A stretch of DNA of 64,000 nt from Paludibacteraceae bacterium (GTDB lineage: Bacteria; Bacteroidota; Bacteroidia; Bacteroidales; Paludibacteraceae). A program made the translations under genes and the position numbers. This document shows, piece by piece, positions 62,699-64,000 of this stretch; position 1 is the stretch's first letter; each line of letters starts with the position of its first letter. The stretch covers positions 128,643-192,642 of the forward strand of contig JAZSFR010000008.1 of NCBI GenBank assembly GCA_045532335.1, written 5' to 3'. Below the pieces are notes generated by a model. That model searched no databases. It worked only from the letters and a program-made list of their open reading frames with translations, and was not told where the DNA came from.

Positions 62699-64000
62699 TG
62701 TTCTTAGTCTTTACTTTTTGAGTTTTCTTCTTTTTTGCTGGCGATTTTGTATCTGCACTATCAGATTTCTTGTCGTGTTTGATTTTCTTCCAGTTAAAAT
62801 CATGCTTAAAGACAAAACCTACTCCTTGTACTGTATTGGCTTGACGGAGTGAATATTTATCAACTGTATGAGTGTATGCTTTGACACGCACTTTACCATT
62901 TTTCGTCAAAAGGTACTCTACATCCAAATCTCCAAAGAAAGGACGATTGCTCAAATCGTTGTAGCGATATCCAAAATTGCCATTAATAATGAGTTGATTA
63001 ATCGGGTGAATTTGGAAATTGGCTTCGTACTCTTGACTGGCTGTCTCTCCTTCTCCATCTGTGCGGAAGTTAAATCCCATAGTAAATACGTCGGTCAGTT
63101 TGCTGAGCCATGAGTTGATTTGTCCTGTTAATGTAGAAGACAATAGTGAATATGTTTCGTTCAAACCAACGTTCTGAGTATTCTGCAAATATTCTGGAGT
63201 ATAGAAACGATTGAATACCAATAGATAGATAATTTGTCGCATCAACATCTCTTCGGTGTTAATCATAGAGTTGACTTGACTTTGCACCGACTCGTCAGAT
63301 TGTGGTAGTTCAATAGCAAACTTCAGTATTGGGTTAAATAACTGATCACTCATGTTCAATACGCAATTGACAGGCACAGAAGTTCGATTCGTAGCAATCT
63401 GTGCACTTTCAGATCCGAATAGATCGCGGAGTGAAGCGGTTGTATGGTAGTATCCTGTAATGTCCAGAGTTGGGGTTAATGGATCATTATCCCATGTGAT
63501 GCGACTACCTTCGCGGATGGTAAAGTTGCGACGTACAATATTGCCTAGTGAGAAGCTGAATAGTCCAGATTGTAGGGTATAACTTCCCTGCATTTGTACA
63601 TTTTCAGACGGGGATTCATAAATGAGTTTCAAATTGCCTTCTCCTTTACCTTTAATGCCGTCTTCTGCGCCTAATCGTATGTTGATTTCTGCCTGAGGAG
63701 TGACTTCTCCTTGCAGTGATAAACGTAATTTATTTTGTGCAGTAGGCGAAATTTTCTCTTTGGGCTTTAGCAAATTGAGCAGACCATATGAGGTGGTATC
63801 TGGTTGAACAAAATGTATAAAATTCGATTGTGTTGCTTGACTAGCACTATTGATGTTCAAATAGAACTTAGTATTGGCTTCAGTGCGAGCATGAACATCA
63901 ATCTTACAATCCATATCATTACCATAGATGTGTACATCTCCAGTTCCAAACACTTTTCCGTAGAAGAACGCTTGTTGGTTTGCAGGTAAATCCATAACTA
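62688..64000 (-). CDS. translocation/assembly module TamB-like protein, C-terminal part (5' end outside window)
   Basis: The frame is open to the window edge. The beta-rich DUF490-like C-terminus ends in a Lys-rich tail. It overlaps the downstream comM-like start by 11 nt. Confidence 0.7.
   Translation of the reverse strand, partial: VMDLPANQQAFFYGKVFGTGDVHIYGNDMDCKIDVHARTEANTKFYLNINSASQATQSNFIHFVQPDTTSYGLLNLLKPKEKISPTAQNKLRLSLQGEVTPQAEINIRLGAEDGIKGKGEGNLKLIYESPSENVQMQGSYTLQSGLFSFSLGNIVRRNFTIREGSRITWDNDPLTPTLDITGYYHTTASLRDLFGSESAQIATNRTSVPVNCVLNMSDQLFNPILKFAIELPQSDESVQSQVNSMINTEEMLMRQIIYLLVFNRFYTPEYLQNTQNVGLNETYSLLSSTLTGQINSWLSKLTDVFTMGFNFRTDGEGETASQEYEANFQIHPINQLIINGNFGYRYNDLSNRPFFGDLDVEYLLTKNGKVRVKAYTHTVDKYSLRQANTVQGVGFVFKHDFNWKKIKHDKKSDSADTKSPAKKKKTQKVKTKNNAD

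Overview
The window looks like a chromosomal segment of a Bacteroidota genome, probably Bacteroidales and Prevotella-like. The basis is about 15 promoters with the exact geometry TTTG-N20-TAnnTTTG, essentially no Shine-Dalgarno use, T9SS-type C-terminal sorting domains, and a complete MoxR/DUF58/BatA-E aerotolerance operon.

Most of the window (about 9.6-58.6 kb and 61.1-64 kb) is ordinary core genome:
- thiL, valS, chorismate mutase, the Bat operon and panB
- a TetR/TolC/adaptor/RND efflux operon with a small P-II-like gene
- tRNA-Asp, pepD, ansA and an orphan response regulator
- a ComEA-like gene, xseA, comEC, rpe, a GT4 glycosyltransferase and glyQS
- a two-gene secreted starch-binding protein/GH13 amylase locus
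- trmO, tRNA-Phe, trxB, metK-lspA, rplM-rpsI, rpsB-tsf, ribF and pnp
- a comM-like gene and the 3' part of tamB

The left 9.6 kb is visibly more AT-rich and looks accessory. It holds a tight operon of ECF sigma fragment / membrane anti-sigma-like protein / exported caspase (C14) / exported 1250-aa TPR-CHAT protein. After that come a MazF-fold-like ORF abutting a Pif1-family helicase with a TPR-like tail, a lipoprotein, and a 700-bp ORF-free region packed with nested hairpins. A second small AT-rich islet (58.6-61.1 kb) carries a Cys-rich mini-lipoprotein, a MauE/DoxX-thioredoxin fusion and a FISUMP-type secreted protein.

Other points worth a second look:
- short word-doubling spacers with 7-nt periodic stop codons at many gene junctions
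- an identical in-frame 27-nt copy of such a word repeat at two places inside valS
- a promoter-plus-terminator unit that looks like a ~65-nt sRNA
- a terminator/antiterminator leader in front of metK
- structured leaders in front of rplM and rpsB
- a response regulator whose phospho-acceptor Asp is Asn

All calls are by eye from the sequence and ORF translations. No database search was run.
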